From: Chiloscyllium plagiosum
Taxonomy: Eukaryota
Direction: 5' to 3'
NCBI RefSeq assembly: GCF_004010195.1
Contig: NC_057717.1
Span: 103,097,667 to 103,130,017 of the forward strand
DNA: 32,351 nt
Shown piece after piece: positions 21,798-32,351 of the stretch. Made by a program: the position numbers and the translations under genes. Position 1 is the stretch's first letter, and each line of letters starts with the position of its first letter. A model generated the notes under the pieces. It was not told the DNA's origin. It saw only the letters and a program-made list of their open reading frames with translations, and ran no database searches.

Positions 21798-22145
21798 TCA
21801 AAATTATTAAGGAGTTTGACAGAGTAGAAGCTGTCTCTTTCAGGAATTCTATATCTAGCCATCCCAGATTCAGAATATATCATTGGCCATTTTGGACTGA
21901 GCTGTAATGAATTTCAATTCAAAGGGCCATGAACCTCTGGCATTTTGTATGTCACAGGGCCCTGGAAACTCAGTCATTGAGTATATTGAAGACAGCAAAT
22001 GATTGATTTTCAACATCAAGGGGATCAGTGGATATAGAGAGAATGTGGCAAAGTGGATTTGAGGAGGAGGATGAATCATTAATTTATTAAATGATAGAAT
22101 ATTCTTGGAAGGGTGAATGTCCCACTCAAGCTCATATTCCTTATG
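21798..22145 (+). mobile_element. Old CR1 3' fragment between CA-rich tracts
   Basis: KIIKEFDRV motif; CAAGGGGATCAGTGGATATAGAGAGAATGTGGCAAAGTGG resembles about 15390-15430; TATTCCTTATG tail. Confidence 0.75.
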
Positions 22146-22389
22146 CTCACACACATACACATGTGTACACACACAAACAAATACACAGTCATGCACACAC
22201 ATACACGTAAATACTATACATGCAAACACTTAAACACAAATCACACAAACTAGTTGCTTTTTACTTCTTACGTTGGTGGCAATGCTGTCTTGGCTCAGAG
22301 TATCAGGCTCGGTAACAAAAGACAGCGAGAAGCTTGGATTATGCATTGTACTAAGTATCACATTCACTAACTAAGCTAGCAATAATGGT

Positions 22390-22668
22390 GGACAGCATGG
22401 TGGCTCAGTGGTTCCCCTACTGCCTCACAGTACCAGGGTTCTGAGTTCAAATCCCAGCCTCAGGTGACTGTCTGTGTGGAGTTTGCACGTTCTCCCTGTG
22501 TCAGTGCGTGTTTCCTCTGGGTGCTCTGGTTTCCTCCCACAACCCAAAGACACGCAGGCGAGGTGGATTAGCCAAGGGAAGTGTAGGGTTACAGGGATAG
22601 ATTGAGAGGGTTGGTGTGGACTTGATGGGCCAAATGGCCTGCTCCCACACTGTAGGGATTCAGGGATT
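22390..22668 (+). mobile_element. HE1-like V-SINE
   Basis: A box TGGCTCAGTGG, B box GAGTTCAAATCC, V-domain, GGGCCAAATGGCC stem, (AGGGATT) tail. Confidence 0.92.
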
Positions 22669-22788
22669 GTGTGGCAGATGTTTTGTAATAGAACACTCAG
22701 ACGCTTTGTGAAGAACCAGAATGATCAAGCAGTGTTCTTGAATTTACATTCATAATGTTGTCATGATCCAGGGTTTTTCAGTAAATTG

Positions 22789-22965
22789 TATAGAAATATG
22801 AAAAAAAAGGAGCAGGAGTAGACCATTCGGCCCCTCGAGACTGTTCCACCATTCAATAGGATCTTGGCTGATCATCCAACTCAGTCACCTGTTGCTACTT
22901 TCACCCCATACCCTCTGATGACTTTAACCCAAAGAACTGCATCTAGCTCCTTCCTGTAAACATAC
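22789..22965 (-). mobile_element. CR1 3' tail fragment
   Basis: AGGAGCAGGAGTAGACCATTCGGCCCCTCGAG...CCACCATTCAATAGGATC. Confidence 0.8.
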
Positions 22966-24012
22966 TGATATAAATGCTTTATCACTGAACAAAAGTCTGC
23001 AAAAGGTGGTCACCTCAGGAACACTTGACTCCTTTGGGATGCACTGAAATCTCCTGTGTCTCATGTAGGCATAAAAGGGATGTCATGTCAACGCCCTTTC
23101 CTGAAACACTGACTGTCTCAAACTCCCGGCCTGTTGAATGGCAGCACAGGATGCATTTTCAACACAGCACTCCTTGCTTGGAAGACGGACTTTGAACTTG
23201 TGGAAGTGACGCAATAAGGGGGCCATCTTGGTCTCTGCTTTACCAATTCCGCAGGATGCTGCAATGCAGAGAGAATTATTTGGAAAGCCAGCCAGCAAGT
23301 TGCAAGCCATCCAAGTTGCCAAGGTCAGAAAGACAAATACTTGGAAAGCTGGAAATTCCTACCAGTGGGAAGAATGTTTGTTTGTCTTTTATATAAGTAC
23401 TTGAGATGAAAGGATAAAAGACATGATTAGTAAGTTTGCAGGGGACACCAAAATTGATGGAATGGTGGACAGTGAAGAAGGTTACCTAAGATTACAAAGA
23501 GATTTTGATCAATTGGGTCAATGGGCTGAAGAGTGGCAGATGGAATTTAATTTGGATAAATCTGAGATATTACATTTTGGTAAAATAAACAAGGGTAGGG
23601 CCTTACAGTTAAAAGTAGGGCCTTAGGTATTGTTGTAGAACAGAGAGAGCTAGGGATTCAGGTACATAATTCTTTGAAGTTTGCATCACATATAGATAGA
23701 GTGATTAAGAAGGTATTTAGCACACTTGCCATCATTGCTCAGACTTTGGGTGTAGGAGTTGGAACGTTATGTTGAGGTTGTAAGGACATTGGTGAGGCCT
23801 CTTACTGGAATACTGTATCCAGTTCTGGTCACTCTGTTACAGGAAGGATATTATTAAGCTGGAGAGGGTTCAGAAGAGATTTACCAGGATATTGTTGGGA
23901 ACGGAGGGTTTGAGGTATAAAAATGAACTGGAAAGACTGGGGCTTTTGTTCACTGGAGTGTAAGAGGTTGAGGGGTGACTTTATAGAGGTTTACAAAATA
24001 ATGGGATAAGGT

Positions 24013-24289
24013 TCTGGATGTAGGTTCTCTCACTGAGCTGGAAGGGTCATTTTCAGAAGTTTCGTCACCCTACTAGGTAACATCTTCAGTGAGCCTCCGG
24101 ACAAAGCACTGCTGGGTGTTTCTTGCTTTCTATTTATATGTTTGGGTTTTCTTGGGTTGATGATGTCATTTCCTGTGGTGATGTCATTTTCATTGGTGAT
24201 GTCATTTCTTGTTCTTTTTCTCAGAGGCTAGTAAGTTTGTCCAAGTCAATGTGTTTGTTGATAGCGTTCCGGTTGCAACTTGCTAGTGA
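24013..24289 (-). mobile_element. PLE 3' fragment (same family as 13514-13905) inserted in CR1
   Basis: 8-bp duplication GATAAGGT at 24005-24012 and 24290-24297; minus frame NRNAINKHIDLD (PLE endonuclease C-terminus); three 18-bp TGATGTCATTT repeats; hammerhead motif. Confidence 0.85.
24053..24092 (-). ncRNA. PLE hammerhead motif, catalytic boxes intact, stem III palindrome broken
   Basis: UCA-CUGAAGA-U-GUUACC-UAGUAG-GGUGAC-GAAACUUC-UGA. Confidence 0.7.
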
Positions 24290-24841
24290 GATAAGGTGAA
24301 TGGCAGATGTCTTTTCCCTAGGGTGGGGGATTTCAAGACTGGGGGCATATTTTTAAGGTGAGTGGAGAAAAATTTTAAAAAGACAGGAGGGGTCTTTTTT
24401 TACACACAGCGTGTTTCGTGTGTGGAATAAATGTCCAGAGGATGTGGTGGATGCGGGTACACTTAAAATATTTAAAAGACATTTAGATGAGTTCTTGAAT
24501 AGGAAACGTTTGGAGGGCTATGGCCAAGTGCAGGCAGGTGGGACTAGGGATAGCATGGACTCTTTGGACCGAAGGGTCTGCTTCTATGTTTAACTCCTCT
24601 TGTCCATCCACATCCCCTCCCCTCCCCAAAACTGTTCAAATTTTACTTCCATTTGAGATGCAAGCTCTTGAAAATCTGTCTTCAAGGAAACCCTCGCAGC
24701 TCTCTGAGAATTCTTTGCTTTACAAGATGTTCACCTCACTTGTAATGTGTCACACTCATCTAAGAAACTGCAGGCTTGCCACTAAAGATAATTAAAGATA
24801 ATAGAGATAATTATAAGTTGTTACCACTCAATTTCACCTTC

Positions 24842-24865
24842 GTGTGTGTGTGTGTGTGTGTGTGT
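24842..24865. repeat. (GT)12 microsatellite
   Basis: Perfect GT run. Confidence 0.97.
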
Positions 24866-25082
24866 AAGATGTCACATTTTAAAATCTGGGGTAAATGTGT
24901 GATAATAAATACATTTATTTGCCTTTAAACCAACAAAAAACTTGCTGCTGGAATTATTTAATTGGGAACCTCATTCTGATGGTAAATAAATACCTAGCTT
25001 TCACAGACAGATATATTAATTAAAGGCAGCAAAGACAAAACACACAATTTCTGAGGGGGACAAGATTAACGAAATATCTGTT

Positions 25083-25265
25083 GCTCTGCCTCCGAAAATT
25101 CCTCCAGCCCCGTGATCTCTCCCCAAGATCCCTGCAATTCTCTGATACTGGCACCATGCACATTTCTGACTTTCATCATCACACTATTGGCAACCTTATC
25201 TTCACCCTCCTGGAATTTAATATCTGGTATTCCCACTCTATACACGTTTATCGATTGACCTTTAA
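25083..25265 (+). mobile_element. Old L2-like fragment
   Basis: CCTCCAGCCCC...AAGATCCCTGCAATTCTCTGATACTGG resembles 15735-15790 and 18420-18460. Confidence 0.5.
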
Positions 25266-25486
25266 GACGCGTCAGGCAGGAAACCAGAGAACATGGTCTT
25301 TAAAATTAGGAAGCTAACTACAGGAAAGGAGCACAAGTAAATGTTTCTTTGATGCACAGGCTATTAAAACTTGGAGAAGAAATAAATCGAGAGAACTATT
25401 GAACCAGAGAAAGTAAAAAAATCTTCAAAATCAACAGAGGCATTCTGTGGAGAGATCGGGGATTGGGGAAGACCAGAATAAATATG

Positions 25487-27450
25487 TGCATTTATGTAGC
25501 ACCATTCGTAACTTCAGGACGTCAAAGAGTGCTTTCGAGTGTGGTCACTGTCATAGCTAAGGAAACATGGATCTACAGCGCACAACACGATCCACAAGCA
25601 GCAATTTGGTAAGAACCAGATAATCTGCTCTAGCGGATGTCAGTTGAGCATTGAACACCAGTGAAGAGACTTGTGATAACTGGTGACTCGCAGAGACACT
25701 TCCCAAGGAGTACCACGGGAATATTTCACAGTTTAACGTCCAACCCAAAAGGCAGCACCTCCCACAGTGCGACACTCCCTCAGCACTGACCGTCACATGG
25801 TGCATCTCTCCCTCAGCACTGACCCCCTAACAGTGTGGCATTCCCTCAGCACTGAACCTCCGACAGTGCCCACTCCCTCAGCACTGAACCTCTGACAGTG
25901 CTGCACTCCCTCAGCACTGACCCTCTGACAGTGCTGCACTCCCTCAGCACTGATTCACCGACAGTGTGGTGCTCCATCAGCACCGACTCACTGACAGTGC
26001 GGTGCTCCCTCAGCACTGACCCTCCGACAGTGCAGCACTCCCTCAGCACTGATTCACCGACAGTGTGGCACTCGCTCAGCCCTGGCCCTCTGACAGTGTA
26101 GCACACCCTCAGCACTGACCCTCTGACAGTGCGGCATTCCATAAGCACTGACCCTCCGAAAGTGCGGCAATCCCTCAGCACTGACCCTCCCACAGTGCAG
26201 CACTGCCGCAGCACTGACCCTCCAACAGTGTGGTACTCCCTCAGCACTGACCCTCCGACAGTGCAGCACTCCCTCAGCACTGACCCTCCGACAGAGCAGC
26301 ACTCCCTCAGCACTGACCCTCCGACAGTGCAGCACTCCCTCAGCACTGACCCTCCGACAGTGCAGCACTCCCTCAGCACTGACTCTCCAACAGTGCTGCA
26401 CGCCCTCAGCACTAAACCTCTGAAAGTGCCGCACTCCCTTAACACTGACCCTCTGACAGTGTGGCACTCCCTCAGCACTGACCCTCCGACAGTGCAGCAC
26501 TCCCTCAGCACTGACCCTCTGACAGTGAGGCACTCCCTCAGCACTGAACCTCTGACAGTGCGGCACCCCCTCAGTACTGACCCTCTGACAGTGCGGCGAC
26601 AGTGCGGCACTCCCACAGCACTGACCCTCCGACAGTGCGGCACTAACTAAGTACTGACCCTCCGACAGTGTGGTACTCCCTCAGCACTGACTCTCCAACA
26701 GTGCAGCACTCCCTCAGCATTGAACCTCTGACAGTGCGGCACTCCCTCAGCACTGACCCTCTGACAGTGCACCACTGACCCTCTGACATTGCGGCACTCC
26801 CTAAGCACTGACCCTCTGACAGTGCAGCACTCCCTCAGCACTGACCCTCCAACAGTGCAGCACTCCCTCAGCACTGACCCTCTGACAGTGTGGTACTCCC
26901 TCAGCACTGGCCCCCTGACAGTGCGGCAATCCCTCAGCACTGACCCTCTGACAGTGCGGCACTCCCTCAGCACTGACACTCCGATAGTAAAGCGTTCCCT
27001 CAGCACTGACCCTATGACAGTGCAGCACTCCCTCAGCACTGACCCTCCGACAGTGCAGCACTCCCCCAGCACTGACCCTCCAACAGTGCGGCACTCCCAC
27101 AGCACTGACCCTCCAACAGTGCGGCACTAACTAAGTACTGACCCTCCGACAGTGCAGCACTCCCTCAGCACTGACCCTCCGACAGTGCAGCACTCCCACA
27201 GCACTGACCCTCCGACAGTGCGGCACTCCCTAGCACTGACCCTCCGACAATGCGGCACTCCCTCAGCACTGACCCTCCGACAATGCGGCACTCCCTCAGC
27301 ACTGACTCTCTGACAGTGCGGCACGCCCTCAGTTCTGCAGCAGAACTATCAGGTGGGGAGACGGGCGCATGTGTTTGAGGGGTGGTGGAAGGAGTTGTTC
27401 CTCAGACATTCTGACTCAGAGCCACAGATCTTTAACCAATGGACCACCAC
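25487..27450 (-). mobile_element. Deu-SINE containing an internally expanded minisatellite
   Basis: 3' tail TGCATTTATGTAGCACC...CAGGACGTC, core ACCAGATAATCTG, and GTTTAACGTC...AAAGGCAGCACCTCCCACAGTGC running into the array; head remnant TTCTGACTCAGAG near 27410. Confidence 0.75.
25758..27338. repeat. Minisatellite, 33-bp unit CACTCCCTCAGCACTGACCCTCYGACAGTGCRG, about 48 copies
   Basis: 11-aa periodicity (HSLSTDPPTVQ) in the ORF track; a few truncated units. Confidence 0.97.
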
Positions 27451-28119
27451 TGGCTGATGAGGGTAAGAGGCCACTGTGACTGAAGAGGGACGAGCCTAGT
27501 CAACCTTCCGTAGTTTACCAGTTCCAAGCTCGCCTTAGTCAGAACTTGCCCATTTGTCACTGAGATTAGTAGCGGGTGAGGCAGGATGAACATTAGTTCT
27601 GCAATTGCTCCCTTCACCTCCCTGTGGATGGATGTAAACATTTGTATTACCCACTTGACGATGTGTGGAGTAATTATAAAAATTAAAAGTGATGGCCACT
27701 TTCAATGCTATCGACTGTGAGAATCCTATAATTTTCTTGAGTGGAAACTCTCCAATTTCCCATTTCTTTTTCAGGATTTAAGACATGCCTGATAGGTTTT
27801 TAATGGAATTTGCTACGTTCACTTTGTGAATCTCATTCTCCAGCTCTGAGCTGTGGGCTTATTCTAAACAGGCTTTGAGCATCTGTCTCTGCTGCCGTAG
27901 GTTTGATGAGCTGTTAAACACGGAGGCTGAAATTAAAACAATTTCCTCGTCATTTATTTTGCACTTGATGCACATTTCAATGTTCCTCCTACCTTTTGAA
28001 GGATGTAAAATGCATAGTGCGGAGTTAAGACGGGATCGAAGTGTGGAAGGAAGTGCTGAGCGGGTGGCAATAATTTCTAAATGATTTGACCTTGTGATAT
28101 TTCATTCGCTAATCTCTCT

Positions 28120-28252
28120 CTCCTCCCTTTAACACCGGTCTTAATTGACTAAGATATTGTCCTAATGTCTCCTCAGGTGTCTCGGAGTTGTGCAAAGTGT
28201 CTTGGGGGTTTTGCCATGTTAAAGACACCACATAAATATCAGGTGTAGTTGT
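28120..28252 (+). mobile_element. L2-like 3' tail fragment
   Basis: GTGTCTTGGGGGTTTTGCCATGTTAAAGACACCACATAAAT resembles 15990-16035. Confidence 0.5.
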
Positions 28253-28279
28253 ACAACTTTTTAATTCTTGAGTCAATGC

Positions 28280-28495
28280 TTTTTTTTTGTTTATTCACGG
28301 GATGTGGGCATCGCTGGCCAGGACGGCATTTACTGTCCCGTCTCTAATTGCCCAGAAGGTGGTTAAGAATCAACCACATTGCTGTGTGGGTCTGGAGTCA
28401 CATGTAGGCCAGGCTGGGTAAGGATGGCAGATTTCCTTGCTTAAAGGACAGACGGGTCTTCAAATTTGCTGTGTTGGGATTCGAACTTGGATGTA
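28280..28495 (-). mobile_element. tRNA-derived SINE of a third family, internally deleted
   Basis: B box GTTCGAATCCC on the minus strand (28476-28486). The 3' end GGGCAATTAGAGACGGGACAGTAAATGC...CCCACATCCCGTGAATAAAC plus A-tail resembles the end of the LINE at 815-835. Confidence 0.7.
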
Positions 28496-29594
28496 ATCAC
28501 AGCGCTACGGCAAGTATAGGGCTTATGGAAAAGAGTGCAGCAATGCCAGTGTCCCCCCCCCACGTTTGTGGGGTTAGCCAATCAGTAATGTTGGATGAAG
28601 GCTTGGCTGTGAGGCCCTCACAGTCAAATAGCTAGCTGACTCAGCGCTGCTGCAGATGGCGAAGTGGTTGGAATGCTATAAACTGGTGGATTGTTAAGGT
28701 GTAGAGAGATGGGCATTCCCCAATCCCTCGACCCCCATCCCCTCACCCCACACGGTATGAGCTGCCCCTTTAGCCTGAGTGGAGGCTTTCTCAACCCTCC
28801 ATAATCTCTGTGTGAGTCAGGATGGGGCACTCTCATGTGGTCTGGTTGGATGACCCTTGAGTGAGTTGATAAGCAGATGATCCAGCCCACCTCTGTTAGT
28901 CTCTCGCTCTTTAATAACCCTTTGTTATTGCCACCAAAACAAGGCAGGACAAGAGAGGGCCAGAGTAATTCTGCCACATTGTCCCATCCATTGCAGTGAA
29001 GGAGATTACTACAGGGCCTTATCCACGTGCAATTCCACTGCCTGTCTCTTCCTGTGTCACACCATCACAAAGATTCACCACAGATCACTCTCTCCAATCT
29101 TATCTTTCCGATGTCCCAGCTCACTTTCGGACTGGAGCGTGCAGCCTCGCGTATTCCTCCCCGTGAGGTTCTGGTTTTATATCTGTCTGGCTTCTCACCA
29201 ACATCCACCAAGGAATGCAACAGGAGTGATGGGGACTGTCCAGCTGTCACTCGGCCAGTGTCTGAGCTTGACTTGTCCCTTTCACCTGTGCCTGATGGTC
29301 ACGATCACTGGCCGTGCTGTCAGTCCTTGGACACTGTCAAACCACTCTTTCCTGCTCCTCTCACCTCCAAGCTCCCTCACTCTTTCTTTAAACCTTTCCC
29401 TTGCCAATTCTTCCTTTGTTTTCCTTCTCCGAACGAAGCCGTCATTGTGCTCATTCTTCCTCCTTGAACCTCTCGATTTTCATCCAACACTTTCCCTCTG
29501 TTCCCGCTCTCCCCCAACCATCCCTGCACACCTCCTCCTGATCCCTTCTTTACCTCCATATTCGCTCTCATAGTTCAGCTTCTATCTTTATACC

Positions 29595-29822
29595 TGGCCA
29601 GAAACAGCCCTTCAACCCATCCAGCCAGTGCTGGCTCTGTAGCAGAGCTATCCCATTAGTCCCACATCACTTCTCTTCTCCCCCTACAAGCCCTACAAAT
29701 GTTCCTCCCTTTCAGTGTTTAACCAGTCCCTTTCCGAACATTCTTATCCAATCGGCGTGCACTGCCCCATCAGGCAGCACATTCCAGACCACAATGACTC
29801 ACCAGGAGAAAGAATTCCTCTG
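29595..29822 (-). mobile_element. Old CR1 3' fragment
   Basis: CAGCCCTTCAACCCATC stem remnant; GGCAGCACATTCCAGAC reads VWNVLP on the minus strand. Confidence 0.7.
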
Positions 29823-29902
29823 ATTCCTGTAGCCTTGGTGGGATAGGAGGATGCTAACCCCAGTCCTCTCTCTTTGACTGAGTCTCAGGACTATATGGTG
29901 AG

Positions 29903-29962
29903 GAACATAAGAACTAGGAGCCGGAGTAGGCCACTCAGCCCCTCAAGCCTGCTCGTTCCCAC
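29903..29962 (-). mobile_element. CR1 3' tail stub
   Basis: GAACATAAGAACTAGGAGCCGGAGTAGGCCACTCAGCCCCTCAAGCCTGCTC. Confidence 0.75.
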
Positions 29963-30022
29963 CTTGGCGTCACAGGATGTGGGAGTCACTGGTTAGTAAT
30001 TATTATGCATTCCAATTACAAG

Positions 30023-30255
30023 TCCTTGATCAGATTGGCCAATGGGCTGAGGAGTGGCAGATGGACTTTAATTTAGATAAGTGTGAGGTGCTGCATTTTG
30101 GAAAAGCAAATCAGAGTAAGACTTGTACACTTAATGGGAAGGCCCTGGGGAGTGTTGATGAACAAAGAGACCCAGGGTGCAGGTACATAGTTCCTTGAAA
30201 GTGGAGTCACAGGTAGATAGAATATTGAAGAAGGATTGCCTTCATTGGACAGAGT
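30023..30255 (+). mobile_element. Internal CR1 ORF2 fragment
   Basis: LDQIGQWAEEWQMDFNLDKCEVLHFGKANQ...LGSVDEQRD. Confidence 0.9.
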
Positions 30256-31758
30256 AGAACATAGAACATAGAACATAGAAGAATACAGCGCAGTACAGGC
30301 CCTTTGGCCCTCGATGTTGCGCCGATCCAAGCCCACCTAACCTATACTAACCCACTATCCTCCATATACCTATCCAATGCCCGCTTAAATGCCCATAAAG
30401 AGGGAGAGTCCACCACTGCTACTGGCAGGGCATTCCATGAACTTACGACTCGCTGAGTGAAGAACCTACCCCTAACTTCAGTCCTATATCTACCCCCCCT
30501 TAATTTAAAGCTATGCCCCCTTGTAATACCCGACTCCATACGCGGGAAAAGGTTCACACTGTCAACCCTATCTAACCCCCTAATCATCTTGTACACCTCA
30601 ATCAAGTCACCCCTAAACCTTCTTTTCTCTAATGAAAACAGCCCCAAGTGTCTCAGTCTTTCCTCATACGATCTTCCTTCCATACCAGGCAACATCCTGG
30701 TAAACCTCCTCTGCACCCGTTCCAGTGCCTCCACATCCTTCCTATAGTATGGCGACCAAAACTGCACACAATATTCCAGATGCAGCCGCACCAGAGTCTT
30801 ATACAACTGCATCATGACCTCAGGACTCCGGAACTCAATTCCTCTACCAATAAAAGCCAGTACGCCATATGCCTTCCTCACCGCACTATTTACCTGGGTG
30901 GCAACTTTCAGAGATCTGTGTACATGGACACCAAGATCCCTCTGCTCATCCACACTACCAAGTATCCGACCATTAGCCCAGTACCCCATCTTTTTGTTAT
31001 TCTTCCCAAAGTGAATCACCTCACACTTAGCTACATTGAATTCCATTTGCCACCTTTCTGCCCAGCTCTGCAGCTTCTCTATATCCTGCTGTAACCTGCC
31101 ACATCATTCCTCACTGTCAACAACTCCTCCGACTTTCGTATCATCCACAAACTTGCTCACCCAACCTTCTAACCCCTCTTCCAGGTCATTTATAAAAATG
31201 ACAAACAGCAATGGTCCCAAAACAGATCCTTGCGGAACACCGCTAGTGACGGCACTCCATGAAGAAACTTTGCCATCAACTACTACCCTCTGTCTTCTTC
31301 CATCCAGCCAATTCCTAATCCAAACCTCCAACCCACCCTCAATGCCATATCTCCGTATTTTCTGCAGTAGCCTACCATGGGGAACCTTATCAAACGCCTT
31401 ACTAAAATCCATATATACCACATCTACCGCTTTACCCTCATCAACCTCCTTCGTCCCCTTTTCAAAGAATTCAATAAGGTTTGTGAGGCACGACCTGCCC
31501 TTCACAAAACCATGCTGACTATCCTTGATCACATTATTCCTATCCAGATGTGCATAAATCCTATCCCTTACAATTCTCTCTAAGACTTTGCCCACAACAG
31601 AAGTGAGACTCACCGGCCTATAGTTACTAGGGCTATCCCTACTCCCCTTTTTGAACAAGGGAACCACATTTGCTATCCTCCAGTCTTCTGGCACTACTCC
31701 TGTAGACAAAGAGGACATAAAAATCAAGGCCAATGGCTCTGCAATCTCCTCCCTTGCA
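30256..31758 (-). mobile_element. Young CR1/HER1 LINE, 5'-truncated
   Basis: (TTCTATG)n tail, GGGCCAAAGGGCC stem and a nearly intact RT domain. Confidence 0.97.
30342..31758 (-). pseudogene. CR1 ORF2 reverse transcriptase domain and C-terminus, one in-frame stop
   Basis: [56 protein letters not shown]. The two listed ORFs are in the same frame (57 nt apart), separated only by TGA at 31104-31106. Confidence 0.95.
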
Positions 31759-32351
31759 ATCTCCATAGCGACCTCAGGGCTTTTTCTTTCTAAAGATCTC
31801 TCAGCTGGTTTGAAGTTCAAGCATTGTTTGCAAGCATGCAGTGACATAACAAAACAAACTGAAGGTAAACAACATTTAATTCACTTCAAAATTCAACTTT
31901 TAGAATCCTTCATGTAACCCACACAGGGGACCGTTATGACAGCATCTCGCTTGTTCCTATGAAATCATACTCAGTGCAAATTTGGATGTATTCCAATGCA
32001 ATTTGCAAGAAATCTGAGTATTGCTTGTCATTTGCAGAATGGGCATATTTTTTGAATGTATTTATGAGATTAATCCTTTGAAAGATATTTCCAGGACCAG
32101 GTATATTCAGCACATTTAAGATATTTTAATTATTGTACCACCCTTTTGGTTTTCACTGTGAATATGCAAACAGCAATTGCTCCTGAACAGATTTAATTAA
32201 ACACTGCTGTGATGGCTTTTTTATTTCTGTCTCCAGCTGTTGTGGGAATCAAAAAGCCAAGGAGTCAAAAATGAGGGACTCAATAAGAAGGCATTGTTCT
32301 CATTAGAATAGGGAAGGTTAAGGGGAGATTTGTGGAGATATTGAAATTGGT

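Larger units (their letters stand above)
23423..24590 (+). mobile_element. CR1/HER1 LINE, 5'-truncated and disrupted, with a nested PLE
   Basis: ISKFAGDTKIDG...QWAEEWQMEFNLDKSEILHFG (decayed RT FADD motif), LLEYCIQFWS, LERVQKRFTR, and a 3' stem GGACCGAAGGGTCT. Confidence 0.93.

Noticed and set aside
20995..21907. His/Thr-rich ORFs (also 11717-12334)
   Set aside because: Translations of CA microsatellites.
22914..22940. CTGATGA followed by a CTTT/AAAG stem (also CTGATGA near 12787 and 27454)
   Set aside because: No correctly placed GAAA box or stem I/III; not hammerheads.
25846..27324. Cys-rich ORFs (RECCTVGGSVL repeats) resembling keratin-associated or metallothionein-like proteins
   Set aside because: Translation of a SINE-derived minisatellite, open in multiple frames on both strands.
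29027..29573. Two overlapping ORFs of about 145 aa
   Set aside because: Pyrimidine-rich and without a recognisable protein. A split SLDTV/NHSFLL trace hints at a very old L2 RT remnant but is too weak to call.
31759..31847. Apparent N-terminal extension (MSLHACKQ...) of the RT ORF
   Set aside because: Flanking DNA read in frame beyond the 5' truncation point; not LINE-like and no evidence of a fusion gene.

Overview
Eukaryotic, repeat-dense, apparently non-coding (intronic or intergenic) DNA, most likely from an elasmobranch (shark). This is inferred from HE1-like V-SINEs, HER1/CR1 LINEs and Deu-domain SINEs, all recognised from memory rather than by database search. No host protein-coding gene, rRNA, tRNA gene or CRISPR array can be supported. 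The very long ORFs at 6.6-10.5 kb and 25.8-27.3 kb are artefacts of two unrelated 33-bp minisatellites. The window is a layered record of retroelement insertions: CR1/HER1 and L2-like LINE fragments (one young CR1 with a single stop in about 470 codons), four V-SINEs, four Deu-SINEs (each disrupted by a younger event), four solo-LTR-like elements, and three Penelope-like element (PLE) insertions. The PLEs carry four minimal hammerhead-ribozyme motifs, one with an intact core. The most notable items are that hammerhead, a head-to-head inverted PLE pLTR pair, a Deu-SINE split by three nested insertions, and a 117-unit minisatellite bracketed by its 40-bp progenitor units inside a probable non-autonomous retroelement. 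I do not see a wholly new biological system; PLE hammerheads are an established class.
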